A stretch of 64,000 nt of DNA from Candidatus Iainarchaeum sp. GTDB taxonomy: Archaea; Iainarchaeota; Iainarchaeia; Iainarchaeales; CSSED10-239. Below are positions 47,092-55,599 of the stretch, piece by piece. The notes below the pieces were generated by a model that was given only the letters and a program-made list of their open reading frames with translations, ran no database searches and had not been told where the DNA came from. Each line of letters starts with the position of its first letter. Position 1 is the first letter of the stretch. The stretch lies in the NCBI GenBank assembly GCA_037441475.1, contig JBBISB010000001.1, positions 71,272 to 135,271 of the forward strand, read 5' to 3'. The translations under genes were made by a program, and so were the position numbers.

Positions 47092-48237
47092 TTAACTACC
47101 AGACCAAAGAGTCCAGTAGTTATTAAAATAATCCATATACTCCTGTGTTATTTTTTGATCATAAACAATTACCAAAGACTCATCGTTATTTTTAGTTCCG
47201 TTATTTGAAATGTTCATAGAGCCAGTTAAAACATGAGAGTTATCAATAATACAAAATTTATTATGCATGTTATTAGGGTTTTGATCAATAATAACAGGTA
47301 TGCTGTTGTTCTTTAAGTTATTATACTGAGAATACTCGCTTAACCCTAACTTTTCTAAGATATACCTTTGTTCAACATTCTTATCAACTACAACATCAAA
47401 AAAATCTTTTAAAGTAAAACTAAAAAACATACAATCTAAGGAAGAGTTAACATCCTCAATAACCCTTAAAAGAGTAAATAAACAATCATCCTCTGGACAG
47501 AAATAATTTTCAACATTTCCATAACTGTTAATGGTTGGTGTTTCTTTTACTTTTGGAGAAAATTCTCCTTTAAAGAAAGAGTCTATTTTTTTTGTATATA
47601 CTTTTGAAAGTTCCTTATCTTGCATTACTAAAACATTATTATTATTTTTATAGTTACCGTTTAATGTAAAGTTCATTGAACCAACCCAAACTATCTTTTC
47701 ATCAAAAACACAAAATTTATTATGCATGTAAGAAGACTCTTCTGAGTTTAAGATAACAGAAACATTTGAGTCTTTTAAAAGACCTATGTTAGAAGCCTTA
47801 GCCCCTGATCTTCCATAATCAGAAACAAACCTTACCTTAACACCAGAATCTGCTTTAGATATTAAAGCATCAGTAACTGATTGTAAGGAAAGATCATAAA
47901 CTGCACAATCAATGGTTTTCTTTGAACTATTTATTAAGCTTAAAAGTTCTTTTAAACAATCATCCTCTGGACAAAAATAAACTTCTGTAGAAATGTTTCT
48001 ATCAAAGGCACCATACAAAACTCTTGATCTTAAGGTATCATATGTATCTACTGGTTTTGAAACTGCATTACTGTCTTTTATGTTTGTTAAGGTAGCATCA
48101 AATTTATCACTAGCACCATCCTTTAAGTCATCCACCTTTTGATTATCAAAGGAAAGATAAGAGGTTGCTATTAATAGAATAACAAGAGCTATAAGCAAAA
48201 AAGTAATTATTTTTCCAAAATTCATAAAATATTTCAC
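47092..48237 (-). CDS. Membrane-anchored phospholipase D / Nuc-type nuclease family protein (two HKD motifs)
   Basis: There is an N-terminal TM helix. The HKD motifs are HNKFCVFDEKIVWVGSMNFT and HNKFCIIDNSHVLTGSMNIS. Each half is preceded by YFCPEDDCL. Confidence 0.85.
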   Translation of the reverse strand: MKYFMNFGKIITFLLIALVILLIATSYLSFDNQKVDDLKDGASDKFDATLTNIKDSNAVSKPVDTYDTLRSRVLYGAFDRNISTEVYFCPEDDCLKELLSLINSSKKTIDCAVYDLSLQSVTDALISKADSGVKVRFVSDYGRSGAKASNIGLLKDSNVSVILNSEESSYMHNKFCVFDEKIVWVGSMNFTLNGNYKNNNNVLVMQDKELSKVYTKKIDSFFKGEFSPKVKETPTINSYGNVENYFCPEDDCLFTLLRVIEDVNSSLDCMFFSFTLKDFFDVVVDKNVEQRYILEKLGLSEYSQYNNLKNNSIPVIIDQNPNNMHNKFCIIDNSHVLTGSMNISNNGTKNNDESLVIVYDQKITQEYMDYFNNYWTLWSGS

Positions 48238-48239
48238 CT

Positions 48240-50909
48240 TTAAGCAAACTTTCCTTGGAAAAGGATGTTCCCTCCACCTTTTATTTTCTTTGAAAATTTT
48301 TCTTCAAGTTCCTTAATCACTTCTTCAATAGTTATTTTTGAATTTTTTCCTTTCAAGACAAATACATTTCCATTGTTGTTGTATATAGCAATTGTCTTAT
48401 CATCTGCTTTTGGAAGTGCTTGAACTCTTTTAAATATTTTTAATATCTCTGTTGAATCAAGATTAAACTTTGCAATAACCTTCTTTTCTGAAGTTTCAAT
48501 AACATTGTTTGTTTCATACTCAGCTATTCTTTCTCTTAAGGAATCAATTTCTTTTCTTTGTTCCTTCCATTCCTTAAAGAAGGTTGTTATTTTCTTTAAA
48601 AGTTCAACTCTTGAAACTGAAAGGACATCTGAAGATTTATTTAAAATCTCTTCATTCTCTTTAATGTACCTTAAAGCAGACTTATATGTTGTGAAAATAA
48701 TTCTCTCAACACCATCTTGAACAGAGGTTCTTTTAATTATCTTAAATAAACCAGCTTGAGAGGTATTTGAAAGATGAAGACCAGCACATGCTTGAACATC
48801 TATGTTTTCAATATCTAAGATTCTTAAAGTATTACCAGGAATTGCTCCTCCTTGATAAAGCCTAAAGCCATGTTTCTTTTCAGCTTCATCTTTTGACAGC
48901 TCATAGTTTCTTATTGGTATTCCTTCAAATATCCATTCATTAACTTGGTTTTCAATTTTTAATATCTCTTCATCTGTAATTGATCTATAATGAGTAACAT
49001 CTAAGTGTGCTTGAGAAGCATCCTTAAAAGCACCAGCTTGCCATATATGATTACCTAAAACCTTCCTACAAGCAGCGTTAAGAAGATGTGTTGAGGAATG
49101 TTGAGATCTTAGTTGTCTTTGTCTCTCTCCATCAACCAAACAAATAACACTTTGTCCAATATTTAGATCTTTTTTAGAGTTGTCAAGAACAACTAGAATC
49201 TTTCCTTCATAGTTGTAAACTTCTTTAACCTTATAAACACCATTAACAGTTCCATGATCAAAGTTTTGTCCTCCTCCTTGTGGGTAGAAGACACTCTTGT
49301 CAAGGATAATAAAATTTTTAGCAGCAAAAATAACTTTAGCTGTAGCTTCTGTAGTTCCTAGATAATAAAGTTTTTCTGTATTTTTTAAAGCCTTAATAAT
49401 CTCTTTATTTTCTTTACCTAAAATCTTATCTAAGAAATTTTCTTGTTTTTCTTTTTCTTGTCTATTATCTAAGGTTATTTGTGTAAAGTAATCAGCAGGA
49501 ATTTCAATATCTTTGTTTACTTCTTTAATCTGCTCTGCTGTTATACCATCACTTTTGTAAAGAGTAACTAAGTCTTCTGTTGAAAGTTTCTTTCCAGATG
49601 TCTTAAAACTATTTATCTTTATTATAGCTTTTTCTTTACTTTGGAGATATTTCTTTTCTTCCTCTGCAAATACCTCAATAGCTGTTTTTAAACCATTTCT
49701 TAAAGTATGGTCAAAGTCTTTTAAGGAAGATACATGTATTTCAAATATTTTTGGAAAATCTAAATTAAAGTTAAACTCTTTATTTAAATCTAAAACTCTT
49801 CTAGCTAAGATCCTTAGGTTATACCCACCACCAGAGTTTGAAGGTAAAAGACCATCTGTTGAGGTGTAAAGTATGGTTTTTGTATGATCACATATAGCAT
49901 AAAGAGCATGAACTGGACCTAGTTTTTCTAAAAGTTCTTTTTTTGGATAACCTAATCTTTTTGCAATCTCTTCGTATTTTAAATCAACATCTGATATCTC
50001 ATCAATGTTAAGCTCTCCAGATATCTTATAGAAGGCCTCTAATAGTTTACCGTCAAACTTAACTTTTGTATATTTTTTAAGATACTCAAGTAAATCTTTA
50101 AACGTAACATCATAACTTGTAGGTGTTCCATTTGTATACCATGCAAGTCTTTCAAAACCAGCACCCATATCAATAACTGGTTTTTTTAACTGCTCATATT
50201 GTTTGTTTCCTAAATCTTGAAACTGCATAAAAACACAGTTACCAAGCTCTACACCATGAGCAAAATATTCCATGGAAGGTCCAAAGTAACCTCCACCTTC
50301 CCACACATCTTCAAAGAAGACTAAGTCTTTTTCTTTAACACCAATAACTTTTGTTAAATATTCAAAGTCAAGAGAAAGAGCTTCGTTTTTCCAGTATGGT
50401 TTTTTAGGATCTGTGTTAAAGGCATGTTGACCAAACATAACAAAGGTTGTATAATGTGTTCCAGTGACCCCTACATTTGTAATATCTCCAAACCTAATAC
50501 ATGTTTGTGGAACTATTAAAGGGTCTGCTGGGGGTTTAACCTCTCCGTTTACAACATATGGTTGAAAGTCAATTATAGAGGCATTTGTAAAATATAAATC
50601 GTTTCTCCATCTAGGGATAACAGGGTATCTTGGTATTGAAGTATGTCCTTTACTTTCAAAGAACTTTTCAATCTCCTTCCATGTTTGTGTATAGGTATAC
50701 TCTTTTGTTTTCTTACCAATAAAGTCTCTTTCTTCACAAGTTGACTCTGCACAGATATCTCTATTTGAGTTTGTCCAGAAATTCTTTTTACATTTTTTAC
50801 AGACTTTTCTTTCAAAGCCAAGCTTTGCTTGAGAATCCACTTGATAATGTTCTTTCCAGTTTTTTTCAAAAAGCGGTCTTACTTGTTTCTTAAGTTCTGT
50901 TTCTGCCAT
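48240..50909 (-). CDS. alaS: Alanyl-tRNA synthetase (archaeal type)
   Basis: 889 aa with the editing-domain motif HSSTHLLN and ..CAGLH.., and a C-terminal DHHA1-like region. Confidence 0.95.
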   Translation of the reverse strand: MAETELKKQVRPLFEKNWKEHYQVDSQAKLGFERKVCKKCKKNFWTNSNRDICAESTCEERDFIGKKTKEYTYTQTWKEIEKFFESKGHTSIPRYPVIPRWRNDLYFTNASIIDFQPYVVNGEVKPPADPLIVPQTCIRFGDITNVGVTGTHYTTFVMFGQHAFNTDPKKPYWKNEALSLDFEYLTKVIGVKEKDLVFFEDVWEGGGYFGPSMEYFAHGVELGNCVFMQFQDLGNKQYEQLKKPVIDMGAGFERLAWYTNGTPTSYDVTFKDLLEYLKKYTKVKFDGKLLEAFYKISGELNIDEISDVDLKYEEIAKRLGYPKKELLEKLGPVHALYAICDHTKTILYTSTDGLLPSNSGGGYNLRILARRVLDLNKEFNFNLDFPKIFEIHVSSLKDFDHTLRNGLKTAIEVFAEEEKKYLQSKEKAIIKINSFKTSGKKLSTEDLVTLYKSDGITAEQIKEVNKDIEIPADYFTQITLDNRQEKEKQENFLDKILGKENKEIIKALKNTEKLYYLGTTEATAKVIFAAKNFIILDKSVFYPQGGGQNFDHGTVNGVYKVKEVYNYEGKILVVLDNSKKDLNIGQSVICLVDGERQRQLRSQHSSTHLLNAACRKVLGNHIWQAGAFKDASQAHLDVTHYRSITDEEILKIENQVNEWIFEGIPIRNYELSKDEAEKKHGFRLYQGGAIPGNTLRILDIENIDVQACAGLHLSNTSQAGLFKIIKRTSVQDGVERIIFTTYKSALRYIKENEEILNKSSDVLSVSRVELLKKITTFFKEWKEQRKEIDSLRERIAEYETNNVIETSEKKVIAKFNLDSTEILKIFKRVQALPKADDKTIAIYNNNGNVFVLKGKNSKITIEEVIKELEEKFSKKIKGGGNILFQGKFA

Positions 50910-50997
50910 CTATAATCACATAAATATATCATATATTATACTTATATATAGTATGCATTAGTTTTAAAAGTTATTTTTTATTAAAAAAATAACATTA

Positions 50998-51936
50998 TTA
51001 AACAGTACAAAGAGCAAGAGCGTATGTTTCTTCTTTATTTGTAATAATCTCTACTTTTCTAAAGAACTTAGTTAAGATTTTCTTAAAATCATTTTTTTTA
51101 TACTTATAAGAGATACCAACATTTACTTGATCTCCTTTTTTAAAATCAATTGTTTTTTCCATATACTTAATTGACTTATCTTTTAAAATAGTAAAATATA
51201 TCTCAATTTTGAAATTAATAAACCTTACATTATACTCAACTTCATTATTTTTAAAACCAATTAATTTAAGTGGCTGTATCCAAAAATCAATCATTGACTT
51301 GTTATAATAACTTCTAATAAGTTCAGGAGTTACATGAGTAATTATACCATTACCAATTAAAAGGAAATCTCCTTTCTTCATACTTCTTTTAATAGTCTCT
51401 AAGATATTGTTCTGACTAAAGTTACCCATAGTATTTCCTAAAAATAACATTAAATGATGCTTATGGCTTTGGTTTCTAAAAAGAGAAGTAACATTATCTA
51501 GATTTTCAAAATCAGAGATGTTCCAACTAAACTCTAAGACATCCCCTATGTTTAGTTTTCTAATAGTGTCTGAAGCTGCATTAACCATATATGCACTAAT
51601 GTCAATAGGGCAGTACCTTATAGATAAATGCTTTGAAAGTTCACCAATAAAAAGAGAGGCTTTCTTTCCATTCCCACACCCTACATCAACAATGTTGTAG
51701 GACTTGGCTTTCATTTGTGAGAGTATGAAATTTAAGTTGTCTTTTATTAAAGAGATTTCAACATCTGTTAAGAACTTCTTATATTCAGGATTCTCTTCAA
51801 CGTTTAAAAAGCCTTGAGATTGTTTAGGTGTAAGATACCATAGCTTACAGTCTGATAAATCCAATACTCTGGTATTTCCTTGGAGCTTATACCCTCTCTT
51901 TATTACTTCATTAAAAATTAAGTTATTAACAGCCAT
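50998..51936 (-). CDS. SAM-dependent methyltransferase, EgtD/Methyltransf_33-like
   Basis: IVDVGCGNGKKASLFI and YCPIDISAYMV resemble the histidine N-alpha-methyltransferase family (..GSG...K......Y.P.DIS). Confidence 0.5.
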   Translation of the reverse strand: MAVNNLIFNEVIKRGYKLQGNTRVLDLSDCKLWYLTPKQSQGFLNVEENPEYKKFLTDVEISLIKDNLNFILSQMKAKSYNIVDVGCGNGKKASLFIGELSKHLSIRYCPIDISAYMVNAASDTIRKLNIGDVLEFSWNISDFENLDNVTSLFRNQSHKHHLMLFLGNTMGNFSQNNILETIKRSMKKGDFLLIGNGIITHVTPELIRSYYNKSMIDFWIQPLKLIGFKNNEVEYNVRFINFKIEIYFTILKDKSIKYMEKTIDFKKGDQVNVGISYKYKKNDFKKILTKFFRKVEIITNKEETYALALCTV

Positions 51937-51985
51937 TAATAATCACTTGTTATATATAATAAGAAGAAAAGTAATATAAATACTT

Positions 51986-53296
51986 TTAAAAATTAAAAAA
52001 TAAAGAAGAAATTTCTTTTATAGAAACTATTTTTTCTTCCCCACTCTTAATGTTCTTTATTTTAATATTATTTTCTAAAACTTCATTTTCACCTAAAAAA
52101 CCAACATAGGTGATTCCAAGTTTATCAGCATACTCTATGTTCTTTCCAGTATTTCTTTTTAAAAGATCAATTGAGGTATTAATTCCTTGTTTTCTTATCT
52201 CTTGAGTTATCCTGATAGCATCCTTTAAAACCTTCTCCCCAATTGGTATTATGAAAAAATCTGCAGTGGTTTTTTTCTCCATACCATCTCTTTGTTTAAT
52301 AATCTCCATAATTGGTTCAAGACCAAAGGCAACACCAGTTGCTGGATACTCTCTATTTTCATCTTGAAGATACTTTCCTATCATTTTATCCCATCTTCCA
52401 CCACCTGCAATCGAAGAGGACATTATTTTTTCATCTTTTAAAAAGACTTCAAAGATAGCTCCTGTATAGTAACCTAGGCCTCTTGCAATGGAAGGTAAAA
52501 AAACATAAGAAACATCATAATATTCTAAATATTTAAACAACTCCATTAAAGAAGAGGTTCCAGGGGTATTTCCTATGGTTTGTTCTATTGCCTCTAATCT
52601 TTGTTGGTTGTTTCCTTCAACAAGAAGTATTTTTAATAAAGCATCAATAGTTTTTTCATCCATTCCCTTCTCTAAAAGCTCTTTTTTAACACCTTCTTTG
52701 CCTGTTTTCTTAAGCTTGTCAATAGTTATTATTATAGAGGTTTGTTTTTCTTTTTTAACTTTTAAGAAATCTAAAATTTCTTCTAAAAGACGTCTATCAT
52801 TTATCTCTATGTTAACCTCTAGGTTAAGTTCTTTAAAGACATAGTCAAGTAAAGAGATTATCTCAGCATCAGCAGAAATGTCTTTTACACCAACAATATC
52901 AACATCACATTGATAGAACTCTCTATACCTTCCTGCCTTTATTGGTCCATCTCTAAAGACTGGTCCTATCTGGTATCTTTTAAAAGGAAGTTTTGTTTGT
53001 ATATTCATCCCCATGTATCTTGCAAGAGCGAAAGTAAACTCATACCTTAAACCTAAGTCTCTATCTCCTTGGTCTTTAAACCTATAAATCTCTGAAACAG
53101 CATCAGAACCTTCTCCAGCTCCAAACTTTGCTTCTAAGATTTCTAATTTTTCAACAGTTGGAGTCTCAATAGGTGAGAAACCATAATTTTCAAAAATATT
53201 TTTTATTTTATAGATAACCTTGTCTCTTAAAATTTTTTCTTCAGGAGAAAAGTCTCTAAAGCCTTTTGCTGTTTCAAGTATTATTTTTTCAGTCAT
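51986..53296 (-). CDS. hisS: Histidyl-tRNA synthetase
   Basis: 436 aa with motif 2 RYREFYQCD and the HisRS-specific AGGGRWD. Confidence 0.95.
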   Translation of the reverse strand: MTEKIILETAKGFRDFSPEEKILRDKVIYKIKNIFENYGFSPIETPTVEKLEILEAKFGAGEGSDAVSEIYRFKDQGDRDLGLRYEFTFALARYMGMNIQTKLPFKRYQIGPVFRDGPIKAGRYREFYQCDVDIVGVKDISADAEIISLLDYVFKELNLEVNIEINDRRLLEEILDFLKVKKEKQTSIIITIDKLKKTGKEGVKKELLEKGMDEKTIDALLKILLVEGNNQQRLEAIEQTIGNTPGTSSLMELFKYLEYYDVSYVFLPSIARGLGYYTGAIFEVFLKDEKIMSSSIAGGGRWDKMIGKYLQDENREYPATGVAFGLEPIMEIIKQRDGMEKKTTADFFIIPIGEKVLKDAIRITQEIRKQGINTSIDLLKRNTGKNIEYADKLGITYVGFLGENEVLENNIKIKNIKSGEEKIVSIKEISSLFFNF

Positions 53297-53432
53297 GTTT
53301 AATCTTATTTTCTATGTTATATTTATGATATAAAAACATATAAAAAGTAAATGTTTTTGTGTGTTTTTTCATTTTAACATCTCTTCTTACTTTTCTTTCG
53401 TTAACGTTTCTTTTCCTAAAAGAAAGGTTAAG

Positions 53433-53505
53433 GGTCAAAACCGGGATTTGAACCCGGGCCTGGAGGTCCACAGTCTCCTATGCTAACCACTACACTATAA
53501 TGACC
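53433..53505 (-). tRNA. tRNA-His (anticodon GUG) with G-1:C73
   Basis: Hand-folded. The anticodon loop is CT-GTG-GA and the T arm is CCGGG-TTCAAAT-CCCGG. An extra 5' G pairs with C73. The acceptor stem GTCATTA/TTTTGAC has two adjacent T-T mismatches. Confidence 0.75.
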
Positions 53506-53517
53506 ATTATTTCTTTT

Positions 53518-53788
53518 TTAAATAAACTCCAAAAGTATTTTATCTTCATTTAAAGTTATGTTTACAAAGTCATAAACACCAAAAGACTTTCTAACACTTG
53601 TTGGAACTAGAAGCCTGTTTTTCTTATCTGAAGAAACAATTAATTTAGAATTAGTGGTGATGGGTAGCAGTAGAGAATGGACTTAAAAGTATAGTTGAGT
53701 TTTCTAGATTATAGTCTAAAAAATATTTCTCTTCTTTTAAGAGATTTTTGGAAATTGAAAATCTTCCTTTATCATCTATTGATAACAT
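53518..53788 (-). pseudogene. Tandem SpoVT/AbrB-like domain protein, frameshifted
   Basis: From the ATG at 53788 the frame reads MLSIDDKGRFSISKNLL...ILLSPFSTATHHH*. A second AbrB-like unit (..SDKKNRLLVPTSVRKSFGVYDFVNITLNEDKILLEFI*) follows in the +1 frame and ends at 53518. Confidence 0.45.
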
Positions 53789-53874
53789 ATTATTTCTGCT
53801 CCTTTTGTAGTTATATGAAATAATTATGATACAAAGGTTTTAAAAGAAGTTGTGGGAAGAGAAAAAAAGAAAAT

Positions 53875-54192
53875 TTATTGTATAGAACAAATATTTTCTA
53901 TACAAGGACAAGAAATTGTTTTCCCATCTTCTAAAGGAGGTGCTCTAGAATTTAATAAACCAGTTTCTTTATTTTCTTCATTAACTGCATCTATGTACTC
54001 AGGAGTATAACATCCTCCAGTATAATCTATGTACTTACAATCAGAATCAAGTGTACAACAATTATATTCTTTTAAACAATAATCGTTAGCATCACCAATT
54101 TTAGAAATTTGATTAGATACAATTTTATTATAAACTAATAAAGCTACTACAAAGACTAAAATAATTATTTTAAATAAATATATTTTTTTCAT
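53875..54192 (-). CDS. Small cysteine-rich secreted or anchored protein
   Basis: 105 aa. An N-terminal hydrophobic signal/anchor is followed by 8 Cys in about 65 aa. Confidence 0.45.
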   Translation of the reverse strand: MKKIYLFKIIILVFVVALLVYNKIVSNQISKIGDANDYCLKEYNCCTLDSDCKYIDYTGGCYTPEYIDAVNEENKETGLLNSRAPPLEDGKTISCPCIENICSIQ

Positions 54193-54350
54193 TCCTATAT
54201 CATCTCTTAAAATTTAAAATACAGATATATCTATAGCAGAAAAATATATAAAGAGTTTCTTTATAAAAGTATTTTACCTTTATTTAGAAAAATAGAAAAT
54301 TATTATTAAAAATTAGATTTATAAAAAAAAGAAAAAAGAAAAAAAAAGAT

Positions 54351-54620
54351 TTATAATCTTTCTTTAAATTCTTTACCAACTTTGAATGAAACTGTTTTAC
54401 TTGCAGCTATTTTCATAGATTTTCCTGTTTGAGGATTTCTACCCATTCTAGCAGCTCTCTTCTTAACTTTGAATGTACCAAAACCAACTAATTGTAATTT
54501 ACCTTCTTTTTTAACAATTGCTTTAACAGCATCTAAAGTTATGTTAATTAACTCTTCAGCTTTTGATTTTGATAATTCTGTTTTTTTAACAACAGCTTCA
54601 ATTAATGCACTTTTATTCAT
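54351..54620 (-). CDS. hup: Bacterial-type DNA-binding protein HU
   Basis: 89 aa. GFGTFKVKKRAARMGRNPQTGKSMKIAASKTVSFKVGKEFK is the canonical HU/IHF arm. Confidence 0.9.
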   Translation of the reverse strand: MNKSALIEAVVKKTELSKSKAEELINITLDAVKAIVKKEGKLQLVGFGTFKVKKRAARMGRNPQTGKSMKIAASKTVSFKVGKEFKERL

Positions 54621-54747
54621 TTGTGTTTCCCCCTTTTATATAAAAGTATATGTATTAAATTAATTAATAATACCAAACATTTTTAAATAGATCTGTTCTA
54701 ACCCCATAAATAAAGGCGTTTAGAGCTAAAATCTACTTTTAAAAGAA

Positions 54748-54821
54748 TGGATCTATTGGGATTTGAACCCAAGTCTTAGGCTCCGCAAGCCTACGTGCTA
54801 TCCAGGCTACACTATAGATCC
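54748..54821 (-). tRNA. tRNA-Arg (anticodon GCG)
   Basis: Hand-folded. The acceptor stem GGATCTA/TAGATCC is perfect. The anticodon stem is TAGGC/GCCTA with loop TT-GCG-GA. The T arm is TTGGG-TTCAAAT-CCCAA. Confidence 0.9.
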
Positions 54822-54830
54822 TAAAAACAA

Positions 54831-55193
54831 TTACTTCTTTGCAGCAGCTTTTCTTGAGATTGTAGAAGTTCCCCAAAAGAAAACAGAAACAAGACCAAAG
54901 CCTAAGAAAAGATAAGCCATCATTATAGCACTTGTAAGATATAAATATTTATAAACTAAAAAATAAGCAAAGATACCAGTAACAATAAAAGTTAAGATAT
55001 GCTTTTCACCAAAAGCTTGAGATGCATTTTCATAAATAAAAAAGATTATAATACCCATGATAATATATCTTACCCACGGAAAGATAGCCATTGCTCCTGG
55101 AACAATCAATATAGCAACAACAGAAACAATCAATATCTTTGCTATTAATGGAACTGCTCCAAAAAAACCTTTTTCTTTATTTAACATAATCAT
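54831..55193 (-). CDS. Four-TM membrane protein (last gene of the giant-protein locus)
   Basis: 120-aa hydrophobic ORF. Its start overlaps the upstream stop (ATGA). Confidence 0.5.
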   Translation of the reverse strand: MIMLNKEKGFFGAVPLIAKILIVSVVAILIVPGAMAIFPWVRYIIMGIIIFFIYENASQAFGEKHILTFIVTGIFAYFLVYKYLYLTSAIMMAYLFLGFGLVSVFFWGTSTISRKAAAKK

Positions 55194-55552
55194 CTACCAG
55201 GAGGTCTTCCACCCATTTTTTTCACCAATTGGTTTCTAGCAGCATGTTCTGTAGCTCCAGGAGTACCATTAGTTTCCATCTTCTTACCCATCATCTCTTC
55301 AGCAGAACCACCAGCACTTATGAAGAAGAAATCAACAAAGATACCAGCTACACCTACTGATAAAAGAATATAGAAGATATAACCTACTTTAAAGACAGGC
55401 CAGAATAAAAAGACCATAACAATTACAGTTACACTTATTAAGACTAAGGCAAAGGTATTATGTGTAACCCTTCTTCTAATAAAGGCTATGATTGTAAGTA
55501 TTAAAAATAACTGCAAAATAAAATCAAAGTCTTGTAAAATATTTAAATACAT
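55190..55552 (-). CDS. Three-TM membrane protein with a basic Gly/Pro-rich C-terminal tail
   Basis: 120-aa ORF, 47 nt downstream of the 2129-aa gene. Confidence 0.5.
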   Translation of the reverse strand: MYLNILQDFDFILQLFLILTIIAFIRRRVTHNTFALVLISVTVIVMVFLFWPVFKVGYIFYILLSVGVAGIFVDFFFISAGGSAEEMMGKKMETNGTPGATEHAARNQLVKKMGGRPPGR

Positions 55553-55599
55553 TTTCTATAACCTTTTTTTTTAAATTAATTACCATCAGGGCTTCCACC

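Noticed and set aside
53289-53471. 60-aa minus-strand ORF upstream of hisS.
   Set aside because: It overlaps the tRNA-His gene (53433-53505) and the hisS start. It is most likely a chance ORF.
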